This document shows, one piece after another, positions 24,498 through 35,236 of a stretch of 63,698 bases of DNA. The notes beneath the pieces are model-generated. The model had not been told where the DNA came from. It did not search any database and saw only the letters and a program-made list of their open reading frames with translations. The stretch covers positions 1 to 63,698 of the forward strand of contig JAUSHE010000024.1 of the NCBI GenBank assembly GCA_030648435.1, in the 5' to 3' direction. The DNA comes from Candidatus Daviesbacteria bacterium. GTDB lineage: Bacteria; Patescibacteriota; Microgenomatia; Daviesbacterales; UBA10151. The translations under genes were made by a program, and so were the position numbers. Every line of letters starts with the position of its first letter. Positions within the stretch are counted from its first letter, which is position 1.

Positions 24498-26106
24498 GAT
24501 ATTAAAATTTGATTCTGAAGCAAGAGAGAAATTGTTAAAGGGGATAAATATCCTGACAGAGGCTGTGGCTACTACTTTGGGTCCAAAAGGTAGAAATGTA
24601 GCTTTGGATAAAAAGTGGGGAGCTCCTAATGTAGTCCACGACGGGGTAACTGTTGCCAAAGAAATAGACTTGGAAGACCCGTTTGAAAACATGGGAGCCC
24701 AACTTCTAAAAGAAGCAGCCAGCAAAACTTCCGATGTGGCAGGAGACGGTACCACTACCGCCACAATTTTAGCAAAAGCCATAGTCAGCGAAGGCTTAAA
24801 AAACATCCAAGCAGGCTCAAATCCCATGATTTTAAAGCACGGTATTGAAAAAGCAGTGGTAGTTTTGGTGGAAGAACTTAAGAAAATGAGCAAGAAAATT
24901 GTTTCGGAGGAAGAGGTGGCGCAGGTGGCCACAATCTCCGCCGCTGACAATCAGATTGGTAATCTGATTGCTGAATCCTTGCAAAAAGTGGGTAAAGACG
25001 GCGTGGTGACAGTGGAAGAAGGTAAAACCATGGAGATGAGTGTTGATTATAAAGAAGGAATGGAATTTGATAAAGGTTACGTCTCCCCTTATTTTGTAAC
25101 GGATACTGATAAAATGGAATCGTCTATTGAAGATCCTTATATTTTGATAACAGATAAAAAGATTTCTTCGGCTGCCGATCTGGTGCCTTTCCTGGAAAAA
25201 TTTGTCCAAGTTTCAAAAAGTTTGGTAATTATTGCAGATGAGGTTGAAGGTGAAGCATTAGCGCTTTTGGTTGTTAACAAACTGCGCAGCACTTTTAATG
25301 TCTTGGCAGTTAAGGCTCCCGGATTTGGCGATCGCAGGAAAGAGAGTTTAGAGGATATTGCCATTTTAACCGGCGGGACAGTTATTTCCGAGGATACAGG
25401 CAAGAAATTTGAGTCGGTAGAAATTACTGACTTGGGTAGGGCCGGCAGAGTTACTTCAGATAAAGATAATACCTTAATTGTTGACGGTAAGGGCATAAAA
25501 TCTAAAATTGAGGCCAGGATTGCCCAGATCAGACGCGAACTTACCGCTTCTGACAGCGAATTTGATAAAGAAAAATTGCAGGAAAGATTAGCTAAGCTAA
25601 CAGGCGGGGTAGCAGTAATCAATGTCGGAGCTGCCACTGAAGTAGAGCTGAAAGAGAAAAAAGAACGGGTGATTGATGCGGTGGCTGCTACAAAAGCCGC
25701 AATTTCAGAAGGGATTGTAGCCGGCGGAGAGGTGGCATTGCTTCGTGCCAGTAAAGCATTAGACGCCCTGAAGCTGGAAGGTGAAGAAAAGGTCGGCGTG
25801 GAGATTGTAAAAAAAGCACTGGAGCAGCCTTTCAGGATACTGGTGAAAAATGCCGGCATGGATGACGGAATCGCATTATCTAAAGTAATGGCTACAGCCG
25901 GCAATATAGGAGTTGATGTTCTAGATGGTGAAATTAAAGATTTGGTCAAAGCCGGTATTATTGATCCTGTCAAAGTTACTAGATCAGCTTTGCAGAATGC
26001 CGCATCTGTGGCAGTAATGGTCATGACAACAAACTGTCTAATTACCGACAAACCGGAACATACACCTCCTGCTCCTCCAATGCCCGGCGGCATGCCTGAA
26101 TATTAA
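24490..26106 (+). CDS. groEL: chaperonin GroEL
   Basis: [21 protein letters not shown]-terminal [13 protein letters not shown] start. Confidence 0.97.
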   Translation: MAKILKFDSEAREKLLKGINILTEAVATTLGPKGRNVALDKKWGAPNVVHDGVTVAKEIDLEDPFENMGAQLLKEAASKTSDVAGDGTTTATILAKAIVSEGLKNIQAGSNPMILKHGIEKAVVVLVEELKKMSKKIVSEEEVAQVATISAADNQIGNLIAESLQKVGKDGVVTVEEGKTMEMSVDYKEGMEFDKGYVSPYFVTDTDKMESSIEDPYILITDKKISSAADLVPFLEKFVQVSKSLVIIADEVEGEALALLVVNKLRSTFNVLAVKAPGFGDRRKESLEDIAILTGGTVISEDTGKKFESVEITDLGRAGRVTSDKDNTLIVDGKGIKSKIEARIAQIRRELTASDSEFDKEKLQERLAKLTGGVAVINVGAATEVELKEKKERVIDAVAATKAAISEGIVAGGEVALLRASKALDALKLEGEEKVGVEIVKKALEQPFRILVKNAGMDDGIALSKVMATAGNIGVDVLDGEIKDLVKAGIIDPVKVTRSALQNAASVAVMVMTTNCLITDKPEHTPPAPPMPGGMPEY

Positions 26107-26152
26107 GCAGAGCGTGCGATCTAATCGATCTTAATCTGTTACAATAGCTTTA

Positions 26153-26746
26153 ATGGCTAAGTTTCATTATCGGGAGTCTCCTACTGAAAAGCAAAAAAAT
26201 TCTTTCAAAAGATATCTGTCAGAAGACGAAGAATTAGTTTTAGTAACAGGTTTTTCAAGGGCTTATATCCGGTCTAAATTTTTATTCAATGTTTTATTCC
26301 CGGGAATGTTATTTTTAGCATTAGGTTTGGGAGCAGGATGGTTTTTTAATTTGGATAAATTTCTAAGTCTAGGTTTAGGAATGACCGGAATGTTTTTGGT
26401 GGCGCTTGTGAGGACTCTGCATGCATATCATGCTAACAGATATTTATTAACAACCAGAAGAGTGGTGATTAAAAAAGGAGTTTTTGGAGTTAAACTAACA
26501 GCTGCACTGTTTGATAAAATTACCCATCTGGAAGTTGATCAGGGGATTGTCGACCGGCTACTTTTGCATCACGGGACTATTATTGTGAATACAGCGGGCC
26601 TGAATAAAGGGGAAATAGTGCTTAAATTTGTAGATTATCCTTTGGAACTTAAAAACTTACTGGAAAGATTGATCAATCGAGAAAGAGAGCAATTTGGACT
26701 TCGGGGGGCTACTTTAACAGAAGTTGAAGGAGAGATCATAGCTTAG
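26153..26746 (+). CDS. bacterial PH-domain (YdbS/YdbT-like) membrane protein
   Basis: Two TM helices followed by the bPH_2-like RVVIKKGVFGVKLTAALFDKITHLEVDQG. Confidence 0.55.
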   Translation: MAKFHYRESPTEKQKNSFKRYLSEDEELVLVTGFSRAYIRSKFLFNVLFPGMLFLALGLGAGWFFNLDKFLSLGLGMTGMFLVALVRTLHAYHANRYLLTTRRVVIKKGVFGVKLTAALFDKITHLEVDQGIVDRLLLHHGTIIVNTAGLNKGEIVLKFVDYPLELKNLLERLINREREQFGLRGATLTEVEGEIIA

Positions 26747-27383
26747 GCAGCTCGGGCAACAGTGTCTGAGGGTCAATGAATTTGTCATTTAAAGTAATTT
26801 CCAGATGGGTGTGAGGACCGGATGTGTGACCGGTTAAGCCTACTTCGCCTAGAATATTTTCTGGTGTAACTTTATCACCTTTTTTGACATAAATTTTACC
26901 CATATGGCCATATTTTGATTTAAAGCCTTTTTCATGAATAATTTCAACATAGTTTCCCAGCCCGAATAGGTCTCTGCCTACAGTTACAACTTCCCCGTCA
27001 ATAATAGGATGAATAGGCATCCCTAAACCTACTGCAATATCTATACCCGGGTGCCAATTGGAAAATTTAGTTGATAAATAGCCAGGATGAGGGAGAATCA
27101 AGGGTTTAGAGAAAGATTGGGCAATAATTTCTGCGCTTTGTTCTAATGCATTTGCCTGAACGTAAGATCTTTTGATAGGTGGGATAGCAAATGTTGGATA
27201 ATATCCCAACAGGGTTAGCGAAATAGCAACGATTATAGCAAGCTGTGTAAACCTCCTAAGGAACCTTAGCTTGATTTTCGATAATTTCCAAATTAGGGCG
27301 ACCCTGTTAAAAATTATCTTAGACAGTAGGTTTATGTTTTGAACTTTCAAAACGAGTGTGGATAATAACACTTCTGAGCTCAA
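26736..27383 (-). CDS. M23-family metallopeptidase
   Basis: HPGIDIAV and GLTGHTSGPHTHLEI. Confidence 0.85.
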   Translation of the reverse strand: MSSEVLLSTLVLKVQNINLLSKIIFNRVALIWKLSKIKLRFLRRFTQLAIIVAISLTLLGYYPTFAIPPIKRSYVQANALEQSAEIIAQSFSKPLILPHPGYLSTKFSNWHPGIDIAVGLGMPIHPIIDGEVVTVGRDLFGLGNYVEIIHEKGFKSKYGHMGKIYVKKGDKVTPENILGEVGLTGHTSGPHTHLEITLNDKFIDPQTLLPELPKL

Positions 27384-27417
27384 AAGTCAAACTTAAGGTA
27401 TAAGGTATAATTAAAGA

Positions 27418-28221
27418 GTGAAAAAAACTATTGTTTTGTTTTTAGTGCTGCTCAGTTTAATTGCTTTGATCTTGCGCTTTAATGCCAAATTTGCAGAAGT
27501 TTTTTTAGGATTTAAAGAATCAAGCGGGATTTCTATAGCATCTGATCCGACCGGCGCAACGGTTTTTCTTGACGGTCAGGAGGTCGGTAAAACTCCCTTA
27601 AACGTAAAAAATTTAAGCGTAAAAACTTACGAAATTAAGATTCAGAAAGAGAAACTAATTTGGCAAGTAAAAGTAACCCTCACACCCGGCACAGTGACTG
27701 TTATTAATAGGGATCTATCCGCCGATTTGGTTTCTTCTGCAGGCGAGATGTTAACCTTGGAAAAAGGCAAAGGTTTGACTATTGTTTCCAATCCAACAGA
27801 AGCTGATGTGGAAGTGGATGGCAAGCAGTTGGGTAAAACCCCAGTTACTACTGATGTGGAAAGCGGTGAACATACCATACTGATAAGCAGTACTAATTAT
27901 TTAAAAAGAAGTATCCGTGCTAATTTACCTGAAAGCTTTAATCTGACGATATCTGCTGACTTAAGTTTATCTGAAGCGGATTTAACAGCAGCTCCGGCTC
28001 CAGTTGTTACTCAAACGCCGGAGGTAGTAGTAAAGACTACGCCAACAGGATTTTTGCGGGTACGGGATAAACCGAGTTTGGCCGGTAAAGAGCTGGTACA
28101 GGTTAAGACAGGGGAAACATTGGTACTTCTGGAAGAGCAGGGGGCTTGGGATAAAGTCCGTTTGGTAAATGGCACAGAGGGTTTTGTTTCAGCAGTATAC
28201 GTGGAAAAGAAGAAACCTTAA
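27418..28221 (+). CDS. PEGA-domain (x2) / SH3b-domain surface protein
   Basis: DPTGATVFLDGQEVGKTPL and NPTEADVEVDGKQLGKTPV. C-terminal GFLRVRDKPSLAGKEL. Confidence 0.7.
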   Translation: MKKTIVLFLVLLSLIALILRFNAKFAEVFLGFKESSGISIASDPTGATVFLDGQEVGKTPLNVKNLSVKTYEIKIQKEKLIWQVKVTLTPGTVTVINRDLSADLVSSAGEMLTLEKGKGLTIVSNPTEADVEVDGKQLGKTPVTTDVESGEHTILISSTNYLKRSIRANLPESFNLTISADLSLSEADLTAAPAPVVTQTPEVVVKTTPTGFLRVRDKPSLAGKELVQVKTGETLVLLEEQGAWDKVRLVNGTEGFVSAVYVEKKKP

Positions 28222-29147
28222 CCGAGATAATAAATAATTCCCAAAACCAGAAGGCCCCAAATGACAACTGAAAAGAGTAACGGCCGATCTGTCAGGATAA
28301 CGCGCTCAGGAGATTCACCTTCTTTTTTCTCATAAATAATATACAAATATCTCATGACGGCATACAACATTACCGGTACAGTTATCATTAGGTATTTAGC
28401 TTCAGAAAATGGAGTTTCAAAACGGCTTAAAAATTTACCAAAAATATGGCTTGCCTGAACAGGCGGTTGCAAAAAGGCAAAGAAAGCATAAGTCAGCCAG
28501 GTTGAGGTGGCAGACAGAGCGGTTAAGCTATCTAGTAAACTTTCAGGGTAATGCAGTAGGGTTTCCCGGTGGCGGAAATCATGAGATTCCATAAGAGTCC
28601 GCTCAGATCTTCTTTTTCCGACTGCCAGGAAAAGCGCAAAGCTTGTGATAAAAAGCAAAAACCAGACGTTTAAATGAGCATCAATAGCCCAAACTCCGCC
28701 ATAAATCCGCAGGACAAAACCTGCTGCAATAACCAATACATCAATTAAAATGACCTGTTTTAGGTAAACAGAGTAACAGAGTTGTAATATCAGATATACA
28801 ACAACTGCAAAGAAAAAATTAGGGGATAAATTATATGCAAAGGGCAAGAAAATAATAATTGCGGCCAGAGCCAAACTAATAGCCAGCCAGACCGGCACCA
28901 CTCCTGAGGCAATGGGCCGTTTCTTTTTAAATGGGTGCAGTTTATCTCTTTCAATGTCAAAAACATCATTTAACAGATAAGTTGCAGAGGAAAAGATACA
29001 AAAAAGCGCAACAGCTTCAAGGGTTCTGATCTGGTTGGTATGGTCCAGTAAAGTGCCTGAAAAAATAAGGGCTGCAAAAATGCATAAATTTTTTATCCAT
29101 TGTCTGGGGCGCGACGCTTTGATAATGCCCCAAAAAAGTTTAACCAT
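28218..29147 (-). CDS. UbiA-family prenyltransferase, decaprenyl-phosphate phosphoribosyltransferase-like
   Basis: N-terminal SRPRQWIKN, NDVFDIERDKLHP motif, about 8 TM helices. Confidence 0.7.
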   Translation of the reverse strand: MVKLFWGIIKASRPRQWIKNLCIFAALIFSGTLLDHTNQIRTLEAVALFCIFSSATYLLNDVFDIERDKLHPFKKKRPIASGVVPVWLAISLALAAIIIFLPFAYNLSPNFFFAVVVYLILQLCYSVYLKQVILIDVLVIAAGFVLRIYGGVWAIDAHLNVWFLLFITSFALFLAVGKRRSERTLMESHDFRHRETLLHYPESLLDSLTALSATSTWLTYAFFAFLQPPVQASHIFGKFLSRFETPFSEAKYLMITVPVMLYAVMRYLYIIYEKKEGESPERVILTDRPLLFSVVIWGLLVLGIIYYLG

Positions 29148-30163
29148 AATATACCTCCTAAAATAACTGCTCCGACAAGCAATGCGGCAAATAACTTTCC
29201 TTGCGAGGATAAGCTAAGAGCTGTTGCCCCCAGGATAGCACTTCCTAAAATGTAAAACAAGGATATTTTTTGATGAGAAAACCCTTTCTCCAGTAATTTA
29301 TGATGCAAGTGTCCCCTGTCTCCCCAAACCGGTGATTTACCACTTAAAATTCTCCGGAAAAATGTATATGCAAAATCAGTTGCAGGAATTAAAAGTACCA
29401 AGCCGGCTGTAGCTAGCTTGGCACCTGAAAGAATAGAAAGCACTGCTATCATAAAACCTAAAATTGTTGAACCGGAAAAACCGGGAAAAATTTTGGCCGG
29501 ATACCAATTAAAGAGTAAAAACCCAAAAGCGCAACCGGCCGTAATAAAAGATAGTTTTGCAACATTAATTTGTGTCGGATCATTTAATATGCCAAGTTTT
29601 AATGATAAAAAGCCCAATATCAAAGCAGTGATAGTAATAATTCCCGGCATTTGACCGTCAACGCCTTTTGACCAATTGATCATATTCATGACCCAGACTA
29701 TCCAGATAATTGTTAAAAAATCAGCAAGTAGCATGATCTGAGGTGTGGTATCAAAGTGTAGGATCCCACCTAAAGGATTAGTAATAAAACTAATGCCTAT
29801 GCCGCTGCCAACTGCAATAATGGCTGCGGCAAATTGGGCAAACAGCCGGAAATAAGGCGAAAGATTATGATATTTATCATCTAAGAGTCCCACTATAAGT
29901 AATATTAAAATACCTATCAGTAAGCCGGCATATATTTTTGTGAAAGGTAGAAAAATTAAAGTAGCAACAGTGATTCCTAGAAAAATAGTCAGTCCACCGG
30001 CCCTGGGAACAGTCCGTTTTTGAATATGAGCCGGATGTGGTCTGGTTTGGGGGTTATCCAGCAACTTGAATCTCCTCGCAAGGTATATAGTGGGAAAAAC
30101 TGCAATGGTTGTTATCAAAAAAGAGACGAAGCCGGGCATCAAAAAATTCATATATTTAGGCAA
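29093..30163 (-). CDS. MraY/WecA-family polyprenyl-phosphate sugar-phosphate transferase (GT4)
   Basis: GLLDDKYNL-type motif (VGLLDDKYHNL), NMINWSKGVDG, 10-11 TM helices. Confidence 0.75.
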   Translation of the reverse strand: MPKYMNFLMPGFVSFLITTIAVFPTIYLARRFKLLDNPQTRPHPAHIQKRTVPRAGGLTIFLGITVATLIFLPFTKIYAGLLIGILILLIVGLLDDKYHNLSPYFRLFAQFAAAIIAVGSGIGISFITNPLGGILHFDTTPQIMLLADFLTIIWIVWVMNMINWSKGVDGQMPGIITITALILGFLSLKLGILNDPTQINVAKLSFITAGCAFGFLLFNWYPAKIFPGFSGSTILGFMIAVLSILSGAKLATAGLVLLIPATDFAYTFFRRILSGKSPVWGDRGHLHHKLLEKGFSHQKISLFYILGSAILGATALSLSSQGKLFAALLVGAVILGGILWLNFFGALSKRRAPDNG

Positions 30164-30527
30164 ACATCAGACTCACCTTAATAAAAGTAATAAGTAAAAT
30201 TAAAGTTACCGATAAAGACGCGATATAAAGAATATCTTTGAAAAATTTTTGGGAAAAGTGGAGTTGAGATGATACGACAAAATTAAGCAAAGTTATGAGG
30301 ATCATGACGCCCGGGATAATAAGGAACTCTTTTTGTGTTGCGAGTTGCCCCTCGCCCCAAGGCAGCGAGTAAAAAAGCGGTAATTTGACAGGTAAAAAGC
30401 GGAAAAGCAATAGAACTACAACAATAAGAATTGCACTTGTAATCAATGGTGCAAATTTTAACCAAAAAGTAAATTTTTTAATCATATCTTTAAGATTTTT
30501 CTGATAATCTCGCTTTGTTTGTAACAC
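30156..30527 (-). CDS. small integral membrane protein
   Basis: Four predicted TM helices. Overlaps both neighbours in an operon. Confidence 0.45.
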   Translation of the reverse strand: MLQTKRDYQKNLKDMIKKFTFWLKFAPLITSAILIVVVLLLFRFLPVKLPLFYSLPWGEGQLATQKEFLIIPGVMILITLLNFVVSSQLHFSQKFFKDILYIASLSVTLILLITFIKVSLMFA

Positions 30528-32265
30528 GGAATTCTAATTTTTTACCGAACATTAAGGATGTTTGAGCGTCAATTGCAGGGAGCGAAGAAATAGTAATGAT
30601 AATTAAAGGAATTAAGAGCCATTGCAGATAAGACCAAATTCTTTTAAAAAGCGACCAATTAGCCGGTCTTTTGGGGGCTATTTTTTCATGTACATAAATA
30701 GTGGCAAACAGCCCAAAAAAAGTAATTGTTAATATCCACGATGATACAATAGGCAAATTAACCGACATGACAGAAGCTCTAAAATTTGGATTAACCAGAG
30801 GGATAAACAAACTACCGAATGTTACAAAAATTGCCAAAAATCCCCATTTTAAATCCCCCCAAATTTTGAAAAGCACCCTGTCTGTTTTATTCCAGAAATC
30901 CATCTCTTTGGTAAAATATTGTTTGACAATAAACGGAATATGCTCAACTCCGTAGGCCCATCTTTTGATTTGCAGATATTGATTTTGAAAAGTTTTAAGT
31001 AAGGTCGTATCCTGGACGGCATCAGCAGAAATAGGTAGGAAATGAGGAATAACTTTATAATCGCCGCTAAAATGAAAATAAGCTTTCCAGTAGAATCCGT
31101 TATCATCATTAACTTTGTCAGGTATCCAGCCGCCAATATCCAAAAGAGCTTTTAAAGAAATTGACATGGAAGAATAATTCATGTATTTATCTGATCCGAC
31201 CATTTCAGCCAGTTGCCATAGCGATGTACCGGTTGCCATAAGCCTCATTGGTGTAGGTGTTTGCCAGTAGTTATTATGGTAGAGAAAAACTCCGGTAAAG
31301 GTTCTTTTGTCCCTTTCCTCCGGAGGTTGAGATAAATATTTATGTAGCGCTCCTGATAAAAAATGATGGCTGAGAACAAAATCAGCATCCAAGGTAGTGA
31401 CAAAAACATTATCCGTATTAATTCCTCTTTTTCCAAGCTCAGGGACAATATGCTTGATCATCCAGTTTTTGTTTGACCCTTGACCTGCTACTTCACCGGG
31501 CAGATTGTATGGGTGAATGGTGGTAAAAGCTCCGGCAACTTTCTTTTCAATTTTTCGCAGATAATCCTTTGTTTCGTTAATTTTTTCAGGATCATCCCGC
31601 TCTTCAAATCCTACTGCAATAAGTATTTTATTTTTGGGATAGCTTGAATTCACAATTGCGTCAAAAGTGGGTTGCAAAATATACAATGCTTCTTTGTAAG
31701 TAGGCACTAGTATCAACTGATAATATTTGCCCCACTCTCCGGGAAAGTCGTTTTGTAGCATTTTTTGCCAGTTGATACTCTTGGCCTGTTCCATTTTTTT
31801 ATAGCCAATTAAGATTAAAACAGCAATTCTAAGTGCGGTTAGCAGCCAATAAACATCAGCAATTAAGATCAAATAAGCTACAGCATAAGGCAGAGCCAAA
31901 GAAAGCCAAATAGGCGAAGTTAGAGCAAGCCAGGTTAATGCGCCTGGTAGAATCTCCAGGCATCGTTCAAAAACATTTTCATGTTTTGAGACAAAATCCC
32001 TCTCAGTTTTTTCAAAAAAAATAAAACGTTGAGATAGAAGATGATGGATGATAATTCCGAGGCCCGCTCCGACAAGGGAAAAAGCAACTAAAACATTAAT
32101 GCCGCTCCCCAGAATCGATTGACCAAAAAAGCCGGTGATTAGTCCCAAAAAAGCAAAAATAACTCCTAAAAAACTATATCGTATACCTTTGACAATACGG
32201 TTTAGAACTTCCGCAAAATAAAAAAAGGATAAGAATCCGATTAAAAAGACCAGTAAAATCCGCAT
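30490..32265 (-). CDS. membrane-embedded processive GT2 glycosyltransferase
   Basis: TTLDADFV (DxD) and QIKRWAYG (QxxRW), flanked by multiple TM helices. Confidence 0.7.
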   Translation of the reverse strand: MRILLVFLIGFLSFFYFAEVLNRIVKGIRYSFLGVIFAFLGLITGFFGQSILGSGINVLVAFSLVGAGLGIIIHHLLSQRFIFFEKTERDFVSKHENVFERCLEILPGALTWLALTSPIWLSLALPYAVAYLILIADVYWLLTALRIAVLILIGYKKMEQAKSINWQKMLQNDFPGEWGKYYQLILVPTYKEALYILQPTFDAIVNSSYPKNKILIAVGFEERDDPEKINETKDYLRKIEKKVAGAFTTIHPYNLPGEVAGQGSNKNWMIKHIVPELGKRGINTDNVFVTTLDADFVLSHHFLSGALHKYLSQPPEERDKRTFTGVFLYHNNYWQTPTPMRLMATGTSLWQLAEMVGSDKYMNYSSMSISLKALLDIGGWIPDKVNDDNGFYWKAYFHFSGDYKVIPHFLPISADAVQDTTLLKTFQNQYLQIKRWAYGVEHIPFIVKQYFTKEMDFWNKTDRVLFKIWGDLKWGFLAIFVTFGSLFIPLVNPNFRASVMSVNLPIVSSWILTITFFGLFATIYVHEKIAPKRPANWSLFKRIWSYLQWLLIPLIIITISSLPAIDAQTSLMFGKKLEFRVTNKARLSEKS

Positions 32266-32295
32266 AATGTACCCCTAAGTGTACCTATTTCAGCC

Positions 32296-33162
32296 TCATA
32301 AAGCAACTTTAAAGACTGCCTTGGCATTGGCTGTGGTTTGATCAGCGACTTCTTCCAGAGAGATTCCTTTTAAATCAGCGATCAATTGGGCAATTTCCGC
32401 TACATTGGCCGGCTCATTTCTTTGACCTCTTTTGGATTGAGGAGCCAGGAATGGAGAATCTGTTTCCAGTAGAATTCTATCAAGGGGCAAAAGTTTGGCA
32501 GCCTGCCTTAGATACTCATTTTTTGGATAGGTAACATTGGCGGCAAAAGAAACAAGTAAGTTGGCAGAATGCCCTGAGCGTAGTCGAAGGGTAGTTTGGG
32601 CAAGACCGGAATAGCAATGGAGAATAGCAGGTTGATCTCCGATTAGTGCTAGTACTTTATCCCAAGCTTCACTATTTTGAGGATTTTTGGAACGATCATC
32701 ACGGCAATGAACAATTAAAGGTAAATTTAATTTTTTAGCTAAATCAATATGGGCTATAAAAAGTTTTATCTGTAAATCTTTTTGTTGCTCTATAGATAAG
32801 GAAGAAGGATTGTAGTCAGGATTATTATCAAAATAGAAGTCCAGTCCACACTCACCCATAGCCACCACTTTTTCTGAACCACCTTGATAAATTTGCTCTA
32901 ATTTGGCTATGTCATTTTGTAATGTTGTATCAGATTCATATTTGTTGGCTTCGTGTGGATGGATACCAATTGTGGAGTATATAGATAAACCTGCTGGCCA
33001 TTTTGTATTTATAATTTGGTCCAAGGCTGTTTGGCTTTTTTCTATATCAACCCCAACATTAATAATTGTTGACACTCCAGCATCTAGAGATCTTTTAATA
33101 ACCTCATCAAAATCTTGTTTAAATGATTCCCAATAAAGATGAGCGTGTGTATCAATTAACAT
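32296..33162 (-). CDS. tatD: TatD-family metal-dependent hydrolase/DNase
   Basis: IDTHAHL, GECGLDFY, HCYSG, ETDSPFLAP. Confidence 0.9.
   Translation of the reverse strand: MLIDTHAHLYWESFKQDFDEVIKRSLDAGVSTIINVGVDIEKSQTALDQIINTKWPAGLSIYSTIGIHPHEANKYESDTTLQNDIAKLEQIYQGGSEKVVAMGECGLDFYFDNNPDYNPSSLSIEQQKDLQIKLFIAHIDLAKKLNLPLIVHCRDDRSKNPQNSEAWDKVLALIGDQPAILHCYSGLAQTTLRLRSGHSANLLVSFAANVTYPKNEYLRQAAKLLPLDRILLETDSPFLAPQSKRGQRNEPANVAEIAQLIADLKGISLEEVADQTTANAKAVFKVAL
32572..32591. repeat. family-B element, short copy inside tatD
   Basis: CCCTGAGCGTAGTCGAAGGG, translated (minus strand) as TLRLRSGH. Confidence 0.5.
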
Positions 33163-33823
33163 TTTGTTGCCAACGATTCTTTGTATTTTGGGCTTCTATT
33201 TCTGGTTTGGAATGTCCGTCTTCTTTAACATGCATCTCTTTCCAGTTACCTCTTTCGGGTCTATTGAGAGCTACGGCAAATCTATCTCTAAAAAATCTAG
33301 GGGCAGTAAGATTTGTATCTACAACCCATTTATTATTTTCTATAGAGAAAAATAAATAACCGCCGTTTTTTTCAAACAAACCCTTGAGTTCAAATAAATC
33401 GCCTATCCTAGTTAATTTAGCTTCCCTTTCAGGGACTATTTCTATGGATGCACCTTTAAACGGGATAAAATGGACATGAGAGTGAAAGACAGTTTGACCG
33501 AACTTCCCGTGTTCAAATGAGCTAATAGAGCCGTATTTTTTAGACAAAAAGTCCGAGACTTTTTGGTAGAGAATCAGAAACTCGGTATAGATATCTTCAG
33601 GATACTCGCCAATACACGACAGATGATGTTTTGGAATAATTAATATGTGTCCTGCAGTAATCGGATGTGGGTCGCAGACTATAGAAAAGTTATCTGTTTT
33701 CTCCAGCAAGTATTTGTAGGCTTCGGAGTTAAGGTTACAATGGGGACAATGTTCCCTTATATATTTTTCAGATAACTCATCCTCTATATGATTTTGTTCG
33801 CTGTTGTTCTGAAATTTATTCAT
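33152..33823 (-). CDS. HIT-family protein with N-terminal Cys pair
   Basis: Histidine triad HSHVHFIP. CPHCN near the N-terminus. Confidence 0.7.
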   Translation of the reverse strand: MNKFQNNSEQNHIEDELSEKYIREHCPHCNLNSEAYKYLLEKTDNFSIVCDPHPITAGHILIIPKHHLSCIGEYPEDIYTEFLILYQKVSDFLSKKYGSISSFEHGKFGQTVFHSHVHFIPFKGASIEIVPEREAKLTRIGDLFELKGLFEKNGGYLFFSIENNKWVVDTNLTAPRFFRDRFAVALNRPERGNWKEMHVKEDGHSKPEIEAQNTKNRWQQNVN

Positions 33824-35236
33824 TTAGATTCTGGGAAATAAAGATGGAGCTGATTTAATTTCTCCTGAGAACTGTTTCAAAATTTTTTCTGCAGTTTGAG
33901 GTAAAAAGGGTTGTAAGTTAAAAGCTATAGTTTGAATTCTTTTAACTAAATCTTCTAAGACACTTTTTGCTTTTTCACCACTAAGTTCCCAAGGTTTCTC
34001 TTCATTTATCTTTTTATCAGCTTCAGTAATAAGTTGGCGTATAATTGCTATTGCTTCATTAAATTTAAACTCCTCAATAAATTTCTCCAAGCCAGCGCAC
34101 CAGACATTAGCTCCGCTTGAGGCCTCAATATTGTTTTGCTCACAAAGCTTGGCAATTCTGGAGACTAAATTTCCTAAACCATTTGCCATGTCTCCATTAT
34201 AAACTTCTTTAAATCTTTCATCAGTGAAATCGCCATCAGCATCAATCGGAATTTGTGAAAGCATGAAATACCGCAGAGATTCCAGCCCATACTTTTTTAC
34301 AATATCTTGAGGTAAGATGACATTGCCTGCTGATTTGCTGATTTTTTCTCCTTTTAAGTTAACAAAACCATGGATTAAGATTTGTTTCGGCAAGGGTAGC
34401 CCTGCCGATAAGAGCATAGCCGGCCAGTAAACCGTATGGAAGCGATTTATGTCTTTTCCGATAATGTGCAAGTCAGCCGGCCACCATTTCTTGAAGTTTT
34501 CTTCATTCCAACCAAAACCTATTCCTGTTAAATAAATTGCTAAAGCATCGTACCAAACATAAACTTTTTGGGTTGGGTCTTCGGGTACCGGCACACCGAT
34601 ACCTTTGGCGCGCTCATTTGACCTGGAAATACTAAAATCTTCCAAACCGGATTTAATAAAAGACAGAGCTTCCTGTCTTTTGTTTGCCGGAGCGATTTTT
34701 AATTCATTACTTTCGATGAGTGCGGTTAACTGTTTTTGATATTTTGATAACTTGAAAAAATAGTTTTCTTCTTTCACAAGATCAGGTTTTGTTTGGTGGA
34801 TGGAACAATGGCCGTCAACTAATTCCACTTCGGTTTTAAATGATTCACATCCGACACAATACAAACCTGCGTATTTATTTTTATAAATATCGCCGTTTCC
34901 CTTACAAAGCTTCCATAATTTTTGTACCCCGGGCCAGTGTTTTTCTTTGTCAGAACCTCGCTGGAAAACATCCAAGTGTACTCCCAAAAATTCATATGTG
35001 TCATGCCAGATTTTAGAGTTCCGGTCTAAAAATTCCTGTACAGGTAGACCTTCTTTTTCGGCTGCCTGTACATTTTTTAGCGCATTTTCATCCGCTCCGG
35101 ACAAAAGCAAAGTTTCATCTCCGTTTATCTGATGATATCTTCTGATGGTATCTGCCTGAAAATATTCAAGAGAATGCCCAACGTGCGGCAGGCCGTTAAC
35201 ATAAGGTATAGCTGTGGTTAAATAAAATTTTTTCAA
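33824..35236 (-). CDS. metG: methionine--tRNA ligase (core form)
   Basis: IPYVNGLPHVGHSLE, zinc knuckle CVGCESF...CSIH, KISKSAGN. Confidence 0.93.
   Translation of the reverse strand: MKKFYLTTAIPYVNGLPHVGHSLEYFQADTIRRYHQINGDETLLLSGADENALKNVQAAEKEGLPVQEFLDRNSKIWHDTYEFLGVHLDVFQRGSDKEKHWPGVQKLWKLCKGNGDIYKNKYAGLYCVGCESFKTEVELVDGHCSIHQTKPDLVKEENYFFKLSKYQKQLTALIESNELKIAPANKRQEALSFIKSGLEDFSISRSNERAKGIGVPVPEDPTQKVYVWYDALAIYLTGIGFGWNEENFKKWWPADLHIIGKDINRFHTVYWPAMLLSAGLPLPKQILIHGFVNLKGEKISKSAGNVILPQDIVKKYGLESLRYFMLSQIPIDADGDFTDERFKEVYNGDMANGLGNLVSRIAKLCEQNNIEASSGANVWCAGLEKFIEEFKFNEAIAIIRQLITEADKKINEEKPWELSGEKAKSVLEDLVKRIQTIAFNLQPFLPQTAEKILKQFSGEIKSAPSLFPRI

Noticed and set aside
24432-26093. Long minus-strand ORFs (172, 125 and 318 aa) inside groEL
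   Set aside because: They are antisense shadows of the highly conserved groEL frame. They are Ser/Ala/Thr-rich and show no motifs.
26117-26135. CGATCTAAT CGATCTTAAT direct repeat downstream of groEL
   Set aside because: There are only two short units, which is compatible with chance in AT-rich spacer DNA.
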